Source of the DNA: a bacterium | GTDB taxonomy: Bacteria > Patescibacteriota > Minisyncoccia > Phycocordibacterales > JABMNX01 | Assembly: GCA_002687905.1 (NCBI GenBank) | Contig: NZBM01000015.1 | Span: 2,811-66,810 of the forward strand | Direction of reading: 5' to 3' | DNA: 64,000 bases | Shown here: positions 19,870 through 30,586 of the stretch, piece by piece | Position numbering within the stretch: the first letter of the stretch is position 1 | How the letters are laid out: every line of letters begins with the position of its first letter | Notes under the pieces: generated by a model | The model's database searches: none | Told to the model about the DNA's origin: nothing | What the model saw: the letters and a program-made list of their open reading frames with translations, nothing else | Position numbers and translations under genes: made by a program

Positions 19870-21050
19870 AAAGAGTTGTAATATTCTCAACGAATTATTT
19901 CCCGAACGTAGCTGGTGCAGAAATCGCAATAGACGAGATAGCCAAGCGGGCTGATGGAATAGAATTTCATCTGATTACAACTCGATTTTCAAGAAAGGTT
20001 CCGGCAAAAGAGCGTATTGGTAATGTTATTGTTCACCGCGTTGGGGTAGGGAGTGGTTTTGCGTTCTTTGATAAATTACTCTCACCTTTTTTTGGCGCTT
20101 TTAAAGCGTATCAACTAGATAAAAAGAAACCCGTTGATCTTTTTTGGTGCATGATGGTGACGTTTACTTGTGGAGCACCATATATTCTAAATACTCTTAG
20201 GTCTTGGAGGAAAATAAAGATTGTTCTTACACTACAAGAAGGTGATTCTGAAGAACATTTAACGAAAAGACATTTAGGACTAAATGGGCTTGCGTGGAAA
20301 CTTGCACTAAAAAGAGCGGATGTTCTTACGGTGATCAGTACATATCTAGGAAAGCGTGCCAAGAGGCTCGGTTACTCTGGCCCCATACATCTGATTCCAA
20401 ATGCTGTTAATATTTCACATTTTTCTCAGGAATACTCTAAAGACATCCTTAAAGATTTGGAAGAAAAACTCGGAAAGAAAAAGGGAGATGTGTTTATGAT
20501 AACTACGTCTAGGCTGTCTGAGAAAAACGCACTTGATGATGTTATAGAGGCTGTTGCGTTACTTCCCAAGAATATTCATTTTATTGTGCTTGGAATAGGA
20601 GAAGATGAGAGCAAATTGAAGAGATTGGCAGATGATAGGGGGGTAGGTAGTAGGGTTCATTTTGTTGGATATGTCGGCCAGGATGAAATTCCTAAATACT
20701 TAAAAATTTCTGAGATATTTATACGCCCTTCACGTTCTGAAGGATTTGGCATTTCTTTTGTTGAGGCTATGGCAGCTGAAATTCCTGTCATATCCACTCA
20801 AGAGGGGGGAATAGCAGACTTCCTGTTCGATGCTAAACGTAATCCGCAGACGAATTCTACTGGGTGGGCGGTGGATAAAGATTCTCCGCAACAGATAGCA
20901 GACGCTGTCAATAGAATCTTGGAAAATCGAGATGAGGTAGGGAAGACGGTTTCAAATGCTAAAAAGATGGTAGCCGAGAATTATGACTGGGAAAGGATAG
21001 CAAGAGATATGCAAAATAAAGTCTTTGCGCCTCTTACTGGGCTAAGCTAG
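19866..21050 (+). CDS. GT4-family glycosyltransferase
   Basis: RPSRSEGFGISFVEAMAAEIPVISTQEGG signature. Overlaps its neighbours by 4 nt. Confidence 0.75.
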   Translation: MKRVVIFSTNYFPNVAGAEIAIDEIAKRADGIEFHLITTRFSRKVPAKERIGNVIVHRVGVGSGFAFFDKLLSPFFGAFKAYQLDKKKPVDLFWCMMVTFTCGAPYILNTLRSWRKIKIVLTLQEGDSEEHLTKRHLGLNGLAWKLALKRADVLTVISTYLGKRAKRLGYSGPIHLIPNAVNISHFSQEYSKDILKDLEEKLGKKKGDVFMITTSRLSEKNALDDVIEAVALLPKNIHFIVLGIGEDESKLKRLADDRGVGSRVHFVGYVGQDEIPKYLKISEIFIRPSRSEGFGISFVEAMAAEIPVISTQEGGIADFLFDAKRNPQTNSTGWAVDKDSPQQIADAVNRILENRDEVGKTVSNAKKMVAENYDWERIARDMQNKVFAPLTGLS

Positions 21051-21060
21051 CATTTCTAAA

Positions 21061-22182
21061 ATGAAAATATTAATTGCAACAGGGCTGTATCCGCCTGAAA
21101 TTGGTGGGCCAGCAACATATTCAAAGATTTTAAAGGACCAGCTTCCAAAGCATGGTTTTTCGGTGGTTGTACTCCCCTTCTCCACAGTAAGGAAATTTCC
21201 AAAGTTTATAAGACATATAATATTCTTCGTTCACATCTTGAGACTAGGATATGGTAAGGATTATATTGTCTCGCTTGACCCAGTCTCTGTTGGTTTACCA
21301 GCGGCCTTGGCTAGTGCTGTGCTTAGAAAAAAGCACATAATTAAGATCTCTGGTGACTATGCTTGGGAACAATTAACAGAGCGTTATGGCATTTATAAAT
21401 CGCTTGAAGATTTTTCAAAAAATAATTCTAGACGACCTTTCCCTATAAATATATTAAGTAAGGTTGAGTGTTTTGTTGCTAAAGACTCCGAAGCGATAAT
21501 AGTTCCAAGCAAATATCTAAAAGGAATTGTAGAAAAGTGGGGTATCAAGGGCGAAAAAATACACGTTATACATAACAGTGTTAAAGACTTAAATGACCAA
21601 GGAAATGTAGAGATCTTAAGGAGTCTTATTAGATTTGACGGGAAAGTTATTATGAGCGCCGGCAGACTCATCCCACTTAAGCGTTTTGATATGCTTGTGC
21701 GTCTTATGCCAGTTCTTGTTGAGAGGTTTGGAAATATAAAACTTTTCATAGCTGGAGATGGTCCTGAAAAAGAAAAGCTAGAATCTTTAGCAAAGGAACT
21801 TGGTGTTGAAAATGAAGTAGTGTTTTCTGGTTCGCTTGAGCAGGAAGTCTTGTTTAGGTATATAAAAATATCTGATGTATTTGTTCTTAACTCTACACAC
21901 GAGACGTTTCCTCACATTCTCTTGGAAGTGCTTTCAATTGGGCGTCCCGCTATAGCAACGCGAGCTGGGGGAAATCCTGAAATTATTGAGGATGGTAAGA
22001 GCGGAATTCTAGTTTCTTCAGGAGACGAGGACGAATTAGAGAAGAGTATATCTAAAGTCTTATCAAACAAATCCTATGCCCAGAGACTCTCTGTAGGAGG
22101 AAGACGTAGAGCGGAGGTTTTTTCAGAAAAAAGAGCAATTGATGAGTTTATAAGCTTACTTAAAAGATATGAGAGTACTTAG
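21061..22182 (+). CDS. GT4-family glycosyltransferase
   Basis: ETFPHILLEVLSIGRPAIATRAGGNPEIIEDGKSGILV. Confidence 0.75.
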   Translation: MKILIATGLYPPEIGGPATYSKILKDQLPKHGFSVVVLPFSTVRKFPKFIRHIIFFVHILRLGYGKDYIVSLDPVSVGLPAALASAVLRKKHIIKISGDYAWEQLTERYGIYKSLEDFSKNNSRRPFPINILSKVECFVAKDSEAIIVPSKYLKGIVEKWGIKGEKIHVIHNSVKDLNDQGNVEILRSLIRFDGKVIMSAGRLIPLKRFDMLVRLMPVLVERFGNIKLFIAGDGPEKEKLESLAKELGVENEVVFSGSLEQEVLFRYIKISDVFVLNSTHETFPHILLEVLSIGRPAIATRAGGNPEIIEDGKSGILVSSGDEDELEKSISKVLSNKSYAQRLSVGGRRRAEVFSEKRAIDEFISLLKRYEST

Positions 22183-23215
22183 TATTGGTTCAGACAGGAA
22201 GCTTTTTGAGGATGGTAGTTTTGTCTGTGAGCGTACAAAAAAATATGGGGAGCACATGGAGGAACTTCATATTGTGGTTTTTGCACTAAAAAATCTTGGA
22301 TTTAGAAAGAAAAAGATAGGAGAGAATATAACAATCTACCCTACTAATTCCCTAACAAAGTTTCAATATATTGGAGACGCTATAAAGATTGCTAGGTCAA
22401 TAAAATATGATCGAATAACGACACAAGACCCATTTATTTCTGGCTGGGCGGGGGTAAGTATTTCAGCTAAATCAAAAAAACCCCTACAAGTTCAAATTCA
22501 TACAGACTTTCTTTTAGAGGGGTTTCAAAAAGGGGGTTATATCAATCGCTTTTACGTACGTATGGCAAATCACGTACTTCCAAAGGCAGACTGCATACGC
22601 GTGGTATCGGAGAGGATTAAAGAAAATATTGAAGCGAGATACAAGCTAAAATCTATACCAAGAGTATTACCCATTTTTGTTGATATAGAAGCTATAAAGA
22701 ATGCTCCAAAAAATGAAAAAGAATTCCCCTTTCAAATTGCAATGTCTAGTAGGTTAGAGCCTGAGAAAAATATAGGTAGAGCTATAAAGGTACTCAGTAG
22801 AATCGTGAATGAGAGAATAGGAATGGTTATTGTTGGCGAAGGGGGCGAGAGGTTGCGTCTAGAAAAAGTTGCTCGCGACCTTGGTATTGAAAGTGGGGTT
22901 TTATTTAAAGGTTGGATTCAAAACCCAGTCCCCTATATTAAGTCTTCAGATTTGTTTCTTCAGACCTCAGAGTTTGAGGGTTATGGTATGTCGGTGGTAG
23001 AAGCTCTTGCTTCCGGTGTACCGGCTTTGTCCACAGATGTTGGCATAGCAAAAGAATATGGAGCAGATGTTTTTGAAACTGACGAAGAGTTAAAAGAGAA
23101 AATAGAGAGGTATATAGAAAATGGAGGTATGGGTGAGTTGAAGAATTATCCTTACAAAAATGAGGAAGAATACATTAAAAAGTATGTAGAGATGATAGAG
23201 ATATGCGGATCTTAA
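22169..23215 (+). CDS. GT4-family glycosyltransferase
   Basis: SEFEGYGMSVVEALASGVPALSTDVG. Confidence 0.7.
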   Translation: MRVLSIGSDRKLFEDGSFVCERTKKYGEHMEELHIVVFALKNLGFRKKKIGENITIYPTNSLTKFQYIGDAIKIARSIKYDRITTQDPFISGWAGVSISAKSKKPLQVQIHTDFLLEGFQKGGYINRFYVRMANHVLPKADCIRVVSERIKENIEARYKLKSIPRVLPIFVDIEAIKNAPKNEKEFPFQIAMSSRLEPEKNIGRAIKVLSRIVNERIGMVIVGEGGERLRLEKVARDLGIESGVLFKGWIQNPVPYIKSSDLFLQTSEFEGYGMSVVEALASGVPALSTDVGIAKEYGADVFETDEELKEKIERYIENGGMGELKNYPYKNEEEYIKKYVEMIEICGS

Positions 23216-24249
23216 TTACAACGCAGAAAGTTGATAAAGACGACGATGTACTCGGCTTTTTTCATAATTGGATTATTAAACTTGCACCACATTTCTCTGA
23301 GGTTCACGTGATAGCACTTTCTGTAGGAAAGCACGATTTGCCAAAGAATGTGCACGTCTATTCTCTCGGGAAGAGAAGAGGTGATTCCGGATACCTCAAA
23401 ACCTTACGATATATCGTAAGGTTTTATAAATATCTATTTATGCTCTCTGGAAAATATGATGCCGTATTTTCTCATATGAACCCTGAATATATAATTCTTG
23501 CGGGATGGTATTGGAGGCTTTCGGACAAAAAGGTTTTTCTTTGGTATAACCACAAAAAAGGAGGGCTTAGGCTCCGATTCGCCTCTCTTTTCTCGCATAA
23601 AATCTTTTACACTTCACCAAGCGCTTTTACCTCTCGGTACAAAAAGTCTGAAAAAATGCCAGTCGGCGTTGATACTGAGCTTTGTAAAGATATTGAAGTA
23701 AAAAGGGAGAAAAACAGCCTACTCTCCCTTGGTAGAATTTCGCCAGTTAAGAATGTGGAAGTAATTATTGAGGCACTTTCTCTTTTAAATAAAGAAGGAA
23801 TTTCCTTCACGTCTTATATATATGGAGACCCAACGGATAAAGATCTATCTTACTACAAGGAAGTTCTTCAAGGTTCAGAAAATCTCACCGAAGAGGGGGC
23901 TCTAACTTTTAATAAAGGAGTTCCCTATGAGAAAACGCCAAGAATATATAGTGCTTATGAAATTTTTATAAACGCGACACCAAGCGGTAGCTTTGATAAG
24001 ACTATTCTTGAAGCGATAAATTGCGGTATGATTCCTGTTATTTGTAATGAGGCCTTTGGCAAAGACTTTCCGAAAGAACTCTTGTTTACAGAAGGAGATA
24101 GCAAGGATCTTAAAAATAAGTTGGAAAAGCTATTTAATAAAAACGCTGAAGAAAAGAAAGAGCTTCAAAAATATCTACGAGAGCATATACTCAAAGAACA
24201 CAGCCTAGATGATCTAATTCTTTTATTGTCTGATGAGATAAGAAGTTAA
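23203..24249 (+). CDS. GT-B fold glycosyltransferase (GT4-like)
   Basis: N-terminal GT4-like domain and a C-terminal ...ILEAINCGMIPVI motif. Weaker match than its neighbours. Confidence 0.55.
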   Translation: MRILITTQKVDKDDDVLGFFHNWIIKLAPHFSEVHVIALSVGKHDLPKNVHVYSLGKRRGDSGYLKTLRYIVRFYKYLFMLSGKYDAVFSHMNPEYIILAGWYWRLSDKKVFLWYNHKKGGLRLRFASLFSHKIFYTSPSAFTSRYKKSEKMPVGVDTELCKDIEVKREKNSLLSLGRISPVKNVEVIIEALSLLNKEGISFTSYIYGDPTDKDLSYYKEVLQGSENLTEEGALTFNKGVPYEKTPRIYSAYEIFINATPSGSFDKTILEAINCGMIPVICNEAFGKDFPKELLFTEGDSKDLKNKLEKLFNKNAEEKKELQKYLREHILKEHSLDDLILLLSDEIRS

Positions 24250-24250
24250 T

Positions 24251-25357
24251 ATGAAAAAAAACATACCTCTATTTAAAGTTTTTATGCCGGAGACGGTAGA
24301 CAAATCGCTACTCGAGACTCTTCATAGCGGCTACATTGCGGAAGGGCCAAAGGTAAATGAATTTAACGATATAGTGTCTAGCTTTCTTGGGAATAAATAT
24401 ACGGTCCCAATGAATAGCTGTACGACTGCGCTTACTGTGAGTTATAGACTTGCGGGAATAGAGAGAGGAGATGAGGTGATTTCAACTCCTCTAACTTGTG
24501 TTGCTACAAATGTACCCCTTCTTTTAATGGGAGCAAAAATTGTGTGGGCAGATTGCGAGAAAGAGACCGGGATGATTGATCCAAAAAAGCTAGAAGAGAT
24601 AATAACTAATAAGACAAAAGCAATAGTAGTCCTTCATAAAGACGGCAACCTAGCAAAGATGGACGAGATAATGGCGATTGCCAAAAAACATAATCTAAAA
24701 GTAATAGAGGATGCTGCTCACACTTTTGGCGCAAAATACAAAGGAAAGAAAGTTGGAAATATTGGGGACTACACATGCTTTTCATTTCAGGCGATAAAAC
24801 ACATTACAACTGGTGATGGCGGGCTTCTTTCTGTAAAAAATGAAGAAGATTATAAACTGGGGCGCAAATATAAATGGCTTGGGCTAGATAAAGAGGATAA
24901 TCCAAGCGGTGGAAATATTTGGTTAAACGATATTACTATTTCTGGCTATAAAGGAAATATGAGCGATATTTCTGCCTCAATTGGAATAGAGCAAATGAAG
25001 CATGTGGACGAGATTCTTTCTAAGTATCATGAAAATGGTCTTTATTACGAATCACTATTAAAAGATGTGGATGGAGTTGGACTCATTTCACGTAACAAGG
25101 ATGATTACCCTACTTTCTGGACATACGTTATTTTGGTAGAAAATAGAAACAAATTGATTAAGGCTCTCGCAGATGAGGGGATTGCGGCAAGTGTTGTGCA
25201 CCCAAGAAACGATAATTACAGTATTTTTAAAGAAAGTAAGAGAGAACTAACGGGTGTTAATTATTTCTCCGAGAGGGAGCTCTCACTTCCGTGTGGCTGG
25301 TGGGTAAATAAAGAAGATGTTGAAGATATAGTCAAAATAATCAAGGACAATATATAG
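24251..25357 (+). CDS. DegT/DnrJ/EryC1/StrS-family PLP-dependent sugar aminotransferase
   Basis: N-terminal ...YIAEGPKVNEFNDIVSSFLG...NSCTTAL, with the Lys region SFQAIKHITTGDGG. Confidence 0.8.
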   Translation: MKKNIPLFKVFMPETVDKSLLETLHSGYIAEGPKVNEFNDIVSSFLGNKYTVPMNSCTTALTVSYRLAGIERGDEVISTPLTCVATNVPLLLMGAKIVWADCEKETGMIDPKKLEEIITNKTKAIVVLHKDGNLAKMDEIMAIAKKHNLKVIEDAAHTFGAKYKGKKVGNIGDYTCFSFQAIKHITTGDGGLLSVKNEEDYKLGRKYKWLGLDKEDNPSGGNIWLNDITISGYKGNMSDISASIGIEQMKHVDEILSKYHENGLYYESLLKDVDGVGLISRNKDDYPTFWTYVILVENRNKLIKALADEGIAASVVHPRNDNYSIFKESKRELTGVNYFSERELSLPCGWWVNKEDVEDIVKIIKDNI

Positions 25358-25409
25358 GAGACCTATGTTGGCAAAATAGTGTTTAAAGTAGTACCTTAGT
25401 TGGATAAAT

Positions 25410-26567
25410 ATGGAAGATAGAGCGAAAAAAGACTTAAAAATAATGACCATTCTCGGTACTCGCCCCGAGATTATACGGCTTGCTTCGGTCATAAAGAGGC
25501 TCAACAAGTACTGCAATCATATCTTAGTACACACTGGACAGAACTATGACTACGAGCTGCACAAGGTGTTTTTTGAGGATTTAGGTCTTAGAATGCCGGA
25601 TATTCAACTTGAGGTGAAGTCGGGCACACTTCATGGGCAGATTGCAAATATCATTCGTGAGACAGGTAAAGTGTTGGAAGAAGAAAAACCAGATGCGGTG
25701 CTCGTGCTTGGAGATACAAACTCAGCTCTGTCGGTTATAAATGCAAAGCGGCTAAAGATACCCATCTTTCATATGGAGGCAGGAGACAGGTCCTTTGATG
25801 AAAATGTTCCTGAAGAGTTAAATAGACGAATCGTTGATGGTATTTCAGACGTACTTATGCCGTATACCGAGCACAGCAGAAGGAATTTGCTTCGTGAAGG
25901 AATACATCCAGAGAAAATTTTCATGACGGGTTCTCCAATACGAGAGGTATATATGGATATGATGGATAAGTTTGAGACTTCCAAAATTCTTAAGGAGTTA
26001 AAACTAAAGAAGAGAAAGTTTTTTACCGCCTCAATCCATCGTGAGGAAAACGTAGATATTCCCGGAGGCCTTAAGCTAATGGTTAAAAGCTACAATGCAC
26101 TAGTCGATAAGTATGATTTTCCTGTAGTGGTTTCAACTCATCCGAGAACTATGAAGCGTCTTAAAGAAAAAGGGCTTCTAGACAAATCAAATGAGAAAAT
26201 TATTTGGCACAAACCATTTGGCCTTATTGACTATATTTGGCTTCAGCTAAACTCATTTTGCGTGGTCTCAGACAGCGGCACGATTCATGAAGATTCAAGT
26301 ATTCTAGACTTCCCTGCTATAGCTATTAGAAAATCAACTGAAAAAGCTGAGTCAATCGAATCTGGCCACTCGGTTATTAGTGGACTTGATCCTGATAGTG
26401 TTCTGAGAAATGTAGTTATTGCAACTGAAGATCATTTTGATCCCAAAAAATCTCCAATGCCGTTTGAATACCAACCAGTCAATGTTTCATCCAAGGTGGT
26501 AAGAATTGTTGTTGGAATGGCTAAGATTGTAGATAAGAAAGTTTGGGGGGAGAAAAAACATGTTTAG
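25410..26567 (+). CDS. UDP-N-acetylglucosamine 2-epimerase, non-hydrolysing (WecB/MnaA type)
   Basis: TILGTRPEIIRL...HTGQNYD...LVLGDTNS... motifs. The start may be the internal ATG at 25443 (MTILGTRPE). Confidence 0.75.
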   Translation: MEDRAKKDLKIMTILGTRPEIIRLASVIKRLNKYCNHILVHTGQNYDYELHKVFFEDLGLRMPDIQLEVKSGTLHGQIANIIRETGKVLEEEKPDAVLVLGDTNSALSVINAKRLKIPIFHMEAGDRSFDENVPEELNRRIVDGISDVLMPYTEHSRRNLLREGIHPEKIFMTGSPIREVYMDMMDKFETSKILKELKLKKRKFFTASIHREENVDIPGGLKLMVKSYNALVDKYDFPVVVSTHPRTMKRLKEKGLLDKSNEKIIWHKPFGLIDYIWLQLNSFCVVSDSGTIHEDSSILDFPAIAIRKSTEKAESIESGHSVISGLDPDSVLRNVVIATEDHFDPKKSPMPFEYQPVNVSSKVVRIVVGMAKIVDKKVWGEKKHV

Positions 26568-26976
26568 AGAACCGCACGACATTTTGGAGATGGAATTACA
26601 TTCTGACGAAAGAGGTCGTCTCAACGAGGTTCTTCGACATATAGATCATGGCATACCGAGTGGAGGACAACTATATGTATTCACTATAAATCCTGGGTTT
26701 CGGCGCGGGGATCATTATCATACATACAAGAGAGAATGGTTTACCTGTGTGAGCGGAGAGGCGATAGTTCTTGTGGAAGACAAGGAGGGGAATAAAAAAA
26801 AGATACTACTTAGCTCTGAAAAACCAGCTGTTTTTTATTGTGGTCCGTATACCTCCCACGCACTCATTAATAAAGGAGATGTAGAAGCTGTAGTGGTTTC
26901 GTACGGATCACACCAACATGATCCAGATGAGCCAGATACATATGCAAAATTTATTGAATATGGTGAAGATCTATGA
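26560..26976 (+). CDS. cupin-fold protein (WxcM/FdtA-like sugar 3,4-ketoisomerase-type small barrel)
   Basis: Size and the His-containing beta-barrel motifs GDHYH...ALINKGD. Overlaps the upstream stop (ATGTTTAG). Confidence 0.4.
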   Translation: MFREPHDILEMELHSDERGRLNEVLRHIDHGIPSGGQLYVFTINPGFRRGDHYHTYKREWFTCVSGEAIVLVEDKEGNKKKILLSSEKPAVFYCGPYTSHALINKGDVEAVVVSYGSHQHDPDEPDTYAKFIEYGEDL

Positions 26977-27631
26977 CGAAGACGCTCTTAGTGAGTATTT
27001 GAAGAATGACTTTATCTTAGAGGGGCTTTCTAAATATCAAGGGGACAAGGAGTTTGTATCCCACGAATGGCTGCTTAACATGGAAGAGAAACGGCTTATC
27101 TATGCTGATGTTTATGGCGAGCTTTTAAAAAGCAGTGGCAGAAAGGTCCTAGATGTAGGTGGTGGTTTTTGTGGCTTAAGTAGAGAGCTTATAGAGCGCC
27201 ATGACTATACTCTCTTAGATATCATGGCTCATGATGACCATAAAAAAATAGGGGAGATTTCATCAGAAAATGGCGGCTTCTGGATAAATAGTGACTGGTA
27301 TGAATTTGATACTGATCGGAATTATGATTTCGTTATTGCAAACGATTTATTCCCTAATGTTGATCAGAGATTGAGAATGTTTGTGGAGAAATTTAAAGAC
27401 ATTACTAAGAACTTGATCTTAACGATAACCTGTAATGATAAAGATGTGTTCTATAAGGTGAAAAGAGTGGATGCTCAAGAGCTTCTTATAGTAGCGCCTT
27501 GGGGGAGGGATATGACTGAAAGGGTACTTCAAAATTTATTTAATGAGAGAAGTATATCTCTACCAAAGAGCAAAAAACCCATCTTTCGAAATGGGCGTGT
27601 AGTGTACAAATTCTCGCATACAATTTCTTAA
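26960..27631 (+). CDS. class I SAM-dependent methyltransferase
   Basis: Motif I VLDVGGGFCGLS. Start moved to the ATG at 26960. The track ORF starts at 26918 and would overlap the upstream gene by about 60 nt. Confidence 0.6.
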   Translation: MVKIYDEDALSEYLKNDFILEGLSKYQGDKEFVSHEWLLNMEEKRLIYADVYGELLKSSGRKVLDVGGGFCGLSRELIERHDYTLLDIMAHDDHKKIGEISSENGGFWINSDWYEFDTDRNYDFVIANDLFPNVDQRLRMFVEKFKDITKNLILTITCNDKDVFYKVKRVDAQELLIVAPWGRDMTERVLQNLFNERSISLPKSKKPIFRNGRVVYKFSHTIS

Positions 27632-27632
27632 T

Positions 27633-29462
27633 ATGTGTGCCATAAACGGTTTTACGTTTCCGGATGAGGAACTCATAAAAAAGATGAATAAAAAAACCGC
27701 TCACCGCGGGCCGGATGACTCCGGTGTTTTTCTAGACGGAAAGGTAACTTTTGGGCACAATCGTCTTTCAATTATTGACCCTTCGCCTTCCGCCCATCAG
27801 CCAATGAAAAGTAAAGACGGTAATGTAGTCGTAATTTTAAACGGCGAAATTTACAATTTTAGAGAACTTAAGGAAGAACTTGATAGCAGTTACTCATTCA
27901 AGACCGAGAGCGACACCGAGGTAATAATTGCCGCTTGGGAGAAATGGGGCACAGAGTGCGTTAAGAGGTTTAACGGAATATTTTCTTTAGCTCTTTGGGA
28001 CAAAAGAAAAGAAACACTATTTCTGGCACGTGACCATGCCGGAATAAAACCTCTCTATTACTATCTTGACGGTGAAAGGCTTATTTTTTCTTCTGAGATA
28101 AAGGGAATCTTAGAGCACAACATTCCAAGAAACATTGACTATGAAGCGCTTGGTCATTATTTCAGACTCCTTTACGTACCCGCTCCTCACACACTATTTA
28201 AGAACGTTCTTAAATTTCCACCGGCGCACTACGCTATTTTTAAAGAAGGAAAGTTGGAGTTTATGAAATACTGGGATGAATCAGAGAATTCCAGTATTAA
28301 AAACAAAGATGAACTCCTAGAGAAGACAAAAGCGGTGATTACAGAATCAGTAAAGCGGCAGCTAGTCTCAGACAAACCTCTTGGCGTCTATCTCTCTGGC
28401 GGGCTTGATTCGAGTATCATACTTCACTCAATGTCAGAAAAGCACGTAGATATTGATACTTTCTCCGTTGGTTTTGAGCTTTCAAAGGAAGAGCAAGCAG
28501 ATAAATTTAATGCTGATTTCTTTCTAGCCAAAAGAACCGCGAAGCATTATGGCACAAAGCATCACGAAATACTTCTCTCACCGAGCGATGTAGTTGAGCT
28601 TTTTGGAGAGAGCGTATGGCACTCTGATGAGCCGATAGCAAACCCAACAGCACTTGCGCGGTTAAAGATAGCTCGTTTTGCAAAAGAAAATGTTGATGTG
28701 GTGCTGGCGGGCGACGGAGGGGATGAGTTGTTTGGTGGCTATGATAGGTATCGCCTAAGTCACGCGGCCGATTTGTGGCAGAAATATACACCCGGAATTA
28801 TACGGAGCCTGCTCTCAGTAAATGAACGCCTTCGTAAACTAAATACCCCTCCTGGAGTTTCTAGATACGGACTCTTTATGTTTCAGAAGAACCCAGTTCT
28901 TAAGGAAGTGCTAAAAGATGAATATATAAATACCACCACGGCAAATTATTTTGAGGAAAGATACTTCAAAGCGAGTCAAGACGATTCGTTTACCCACAAT
29001 TTTCTTTTTGCAGACAGAAAGTCGTGGCTCGTGGATGAGTCGCTTATTCTCTCAGACAAGATGTCCATGGCAAGTGGTATTGAGATGAGAGTGCCGTTTC
29101 TTGACCCAGAAGTTATTCAGTTTTCTCAGTCAGTACCAGAACATCTGAAGGTAAGTTCTTTTGATACCAAAATACTTCTTAAAGAGGCTTATCGGAGTAG
29201 TCTCCCGGAATATCTATTTAAAGAGCCTAAGAGGGGCTGGTTCTCTCCGAGTGCAAAGTGGCTTCGTAATGAAGACGTGTACGAGTTTGCAAAAGAAGTA
29301 CTTTCTTCGGGGTATTACAAAGAGACAGAAAATATCTTTAAGTGGGAAGGAGTTCAGTCCATGCTCGAAGATCACCGCGCTAGAAAAAGATATAACTTAA
29401 GTATTCTATGGGCTCTTATGGTATTTCAGGTTTGGGCGAGACGATTTGATGTTTCCGGTTAG
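27633..29462 (+). CDS. asparagine-synthase-family (glutamine-hydrolysing) amidotransferase, AsnB/PseA-like
   Basis: N-terminal nucleophile MCAING (Cys2), GATase-2 domain, and the PP-loop SGGLDSS in the synthetase domain. Confidence 0.85.
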   Translation: MCAINGFTFPDEELIKKMNKKTAHRGPDDSGVFLDGKVTFGHNRLSIIDPSPSAHQPMKSKDGNVVVILNGEIYNFRELKEELDSSYSFKTESDTEVIIAAWEKWGTECVKRFNGIFSLALWDKRKETLFLARDHAGIKPLYYYLDGERLIFSSEIKGILEHNIPRNIDYEALGHYFRLLYVPAPHTLFKNVLKFPPAHYAIFKEGKLEFMKYWDESENSSIKNKDELLEKTKAVITESVKRQLVSDKPLGVYLSGGLDSSIILHSMSEKHVDIDTFSVGFELSKEEQADKFNADFFLAKRTAKHYGTKHHEILLSPSDVVELFGESVWHSDEPIANPTALARLKIARFAKENVDVVLAGDGGDELFGGYDRYRLSHAADLWQKYTPGIIRSLLSVNERLRKLNTPPGVSRYGLFMFQKNPVLKEVLKDEYINTTTANYFEERYFKASQDDSFTHNFLFADRKSWLVDESLILSDKMSMASGIEMRVPFLDPEVIQFSQSVPEHLKVSSFDTKILLKEAYRSSLPEYLFKEPKRGWFSPSAKWLRNEDVYEFAKEVLSSGYYKETENIFKWEGVQSMLEDHRARKRYNLSILWALMVFQVWARRFDVSG

Positions 29463-29498
29463 CGATTTGAGGATTTAATAGTAGGATATGGATTTAAT

Positions 29499-30581
29499 AT
29501 GAAAAAAATAAAGGTTCTTGCAATATACAGAGGTGACATATTGGCAAATCGAGGAACACCAATACGAGTACGTTCACTGCTTTCTCGGGTAGAGGATGAT
29601 GAAAGAATTGATCTTACTGTTGCTTCTTGGAGCGAGGATGAGGGTTGTTTTGATAATCATATGAGACTTACCAACAACCATTTAGATGATTTAAAACAGC
29701 TCCTATCTTACGTAAGAAAAAATAAAGTGGATGTCACTATAGGGCACACTATTTCTGCGTCTTATTATTTACTTCCAATAAAGTTCTTTACGGGCTCCAG
29801 AATTTTTCTTGAAATGCACGGTTTTATAGAAGAAGAAGCTCGAGAGTATAACAGTATCAGCTGGTTTGCATATATTCGGATGAAGGTATGGAACGCAATA
29901 TTTTTCTTTTTTCTCGATTTTGCGGTTACGTGCAGTAAGTCAATTACCGATATTATTAAGAAGTACAACAGAAAAGTGGTAAGTCTTTGTGGCGGAGTAG
30001 ATATTTCGCTCTTTAATCCGGATGCAAAAAGTAGCGGATTACTTAAACGAGATGACAAAATAGTAATTGGCTACATTGGGGACGCTATGAAGTGGCAAGG
30101 GCTTCCGTTTTTGGTCAACTCTTACAAAAAACTTTTAGAAAAAGATAAAGATTTTCGTCTAGCCATTCTGACTAGTGAGAGAAACAAGATAGAAGAGAGT
30201 GAAGGGATAGAGCTTTTTGATGCAGTTCCTCACGCCGAGGTTCCCGGTTTTATGATTGATTGCGATATATTAGTTATTCCAAGACCTCTTACCAGGGTTA
30301 CCAAGATCTCGTATCCTTCGAAACTAACTGAATACCTTGCTATGGGAAAAGCAATTGTAGTAAGTAGGATGGGGGATGCAGACCAGGCCATCGAGCATGG
30401 CGTTAATGGAATGCTCTATATTCCAGAAAGTGAGTCTGAATTTTTAGAGACGTTGTTGCGTCTAAAGGATAAAAAGACTAGAGTGAGCCTTGGTGAGAAT
30501 GCTTACAATACAGCGAAAAATATGTCTTGGGAGCGCCTTTCGAAACGTTTTGCAGATTACATAGTTGAATCTGTAAAGTAG
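29499..30581 (+). CDS. GT4-family glycosyltransferase
   Basis: C-terminal SKLTEYLAMGKAIVVSRMGD...GVNGMLY. Confidence 0.65.
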   Translation: MKKIKVLAIYRGDILANRGTPIRVRSLLSRVEDDERIDLTVASWSEDEGCFDNHMRLTNNHLDDLKQLLSYVRKNKVDVTIGHTISASYYLLPIKFFTGSRIFLEMHGFIEEEAREYNSISWFAYIRMKVWNAIFFFFLDFAVTCSKSITDIIKKYNRKVVSLCGGVDISLFNPDAKSSGLLKRDDKIVIGYIGDAMKWQGLPFLVNSYKKLLEKDKDFRLAILTSERNKIEESEGIELFDAVPHAEVPGFMIDCDILVIPRPLTRVTKISYPSKLTEYLAMGKAIVVSRMGDADQAIEHGVNGMLYIPESESEFLETLLRLKDKKTRVSLGENAYNTAKNMSWERLSKRFADYIVESVK

Positions 30582-30586
30582 GAAAA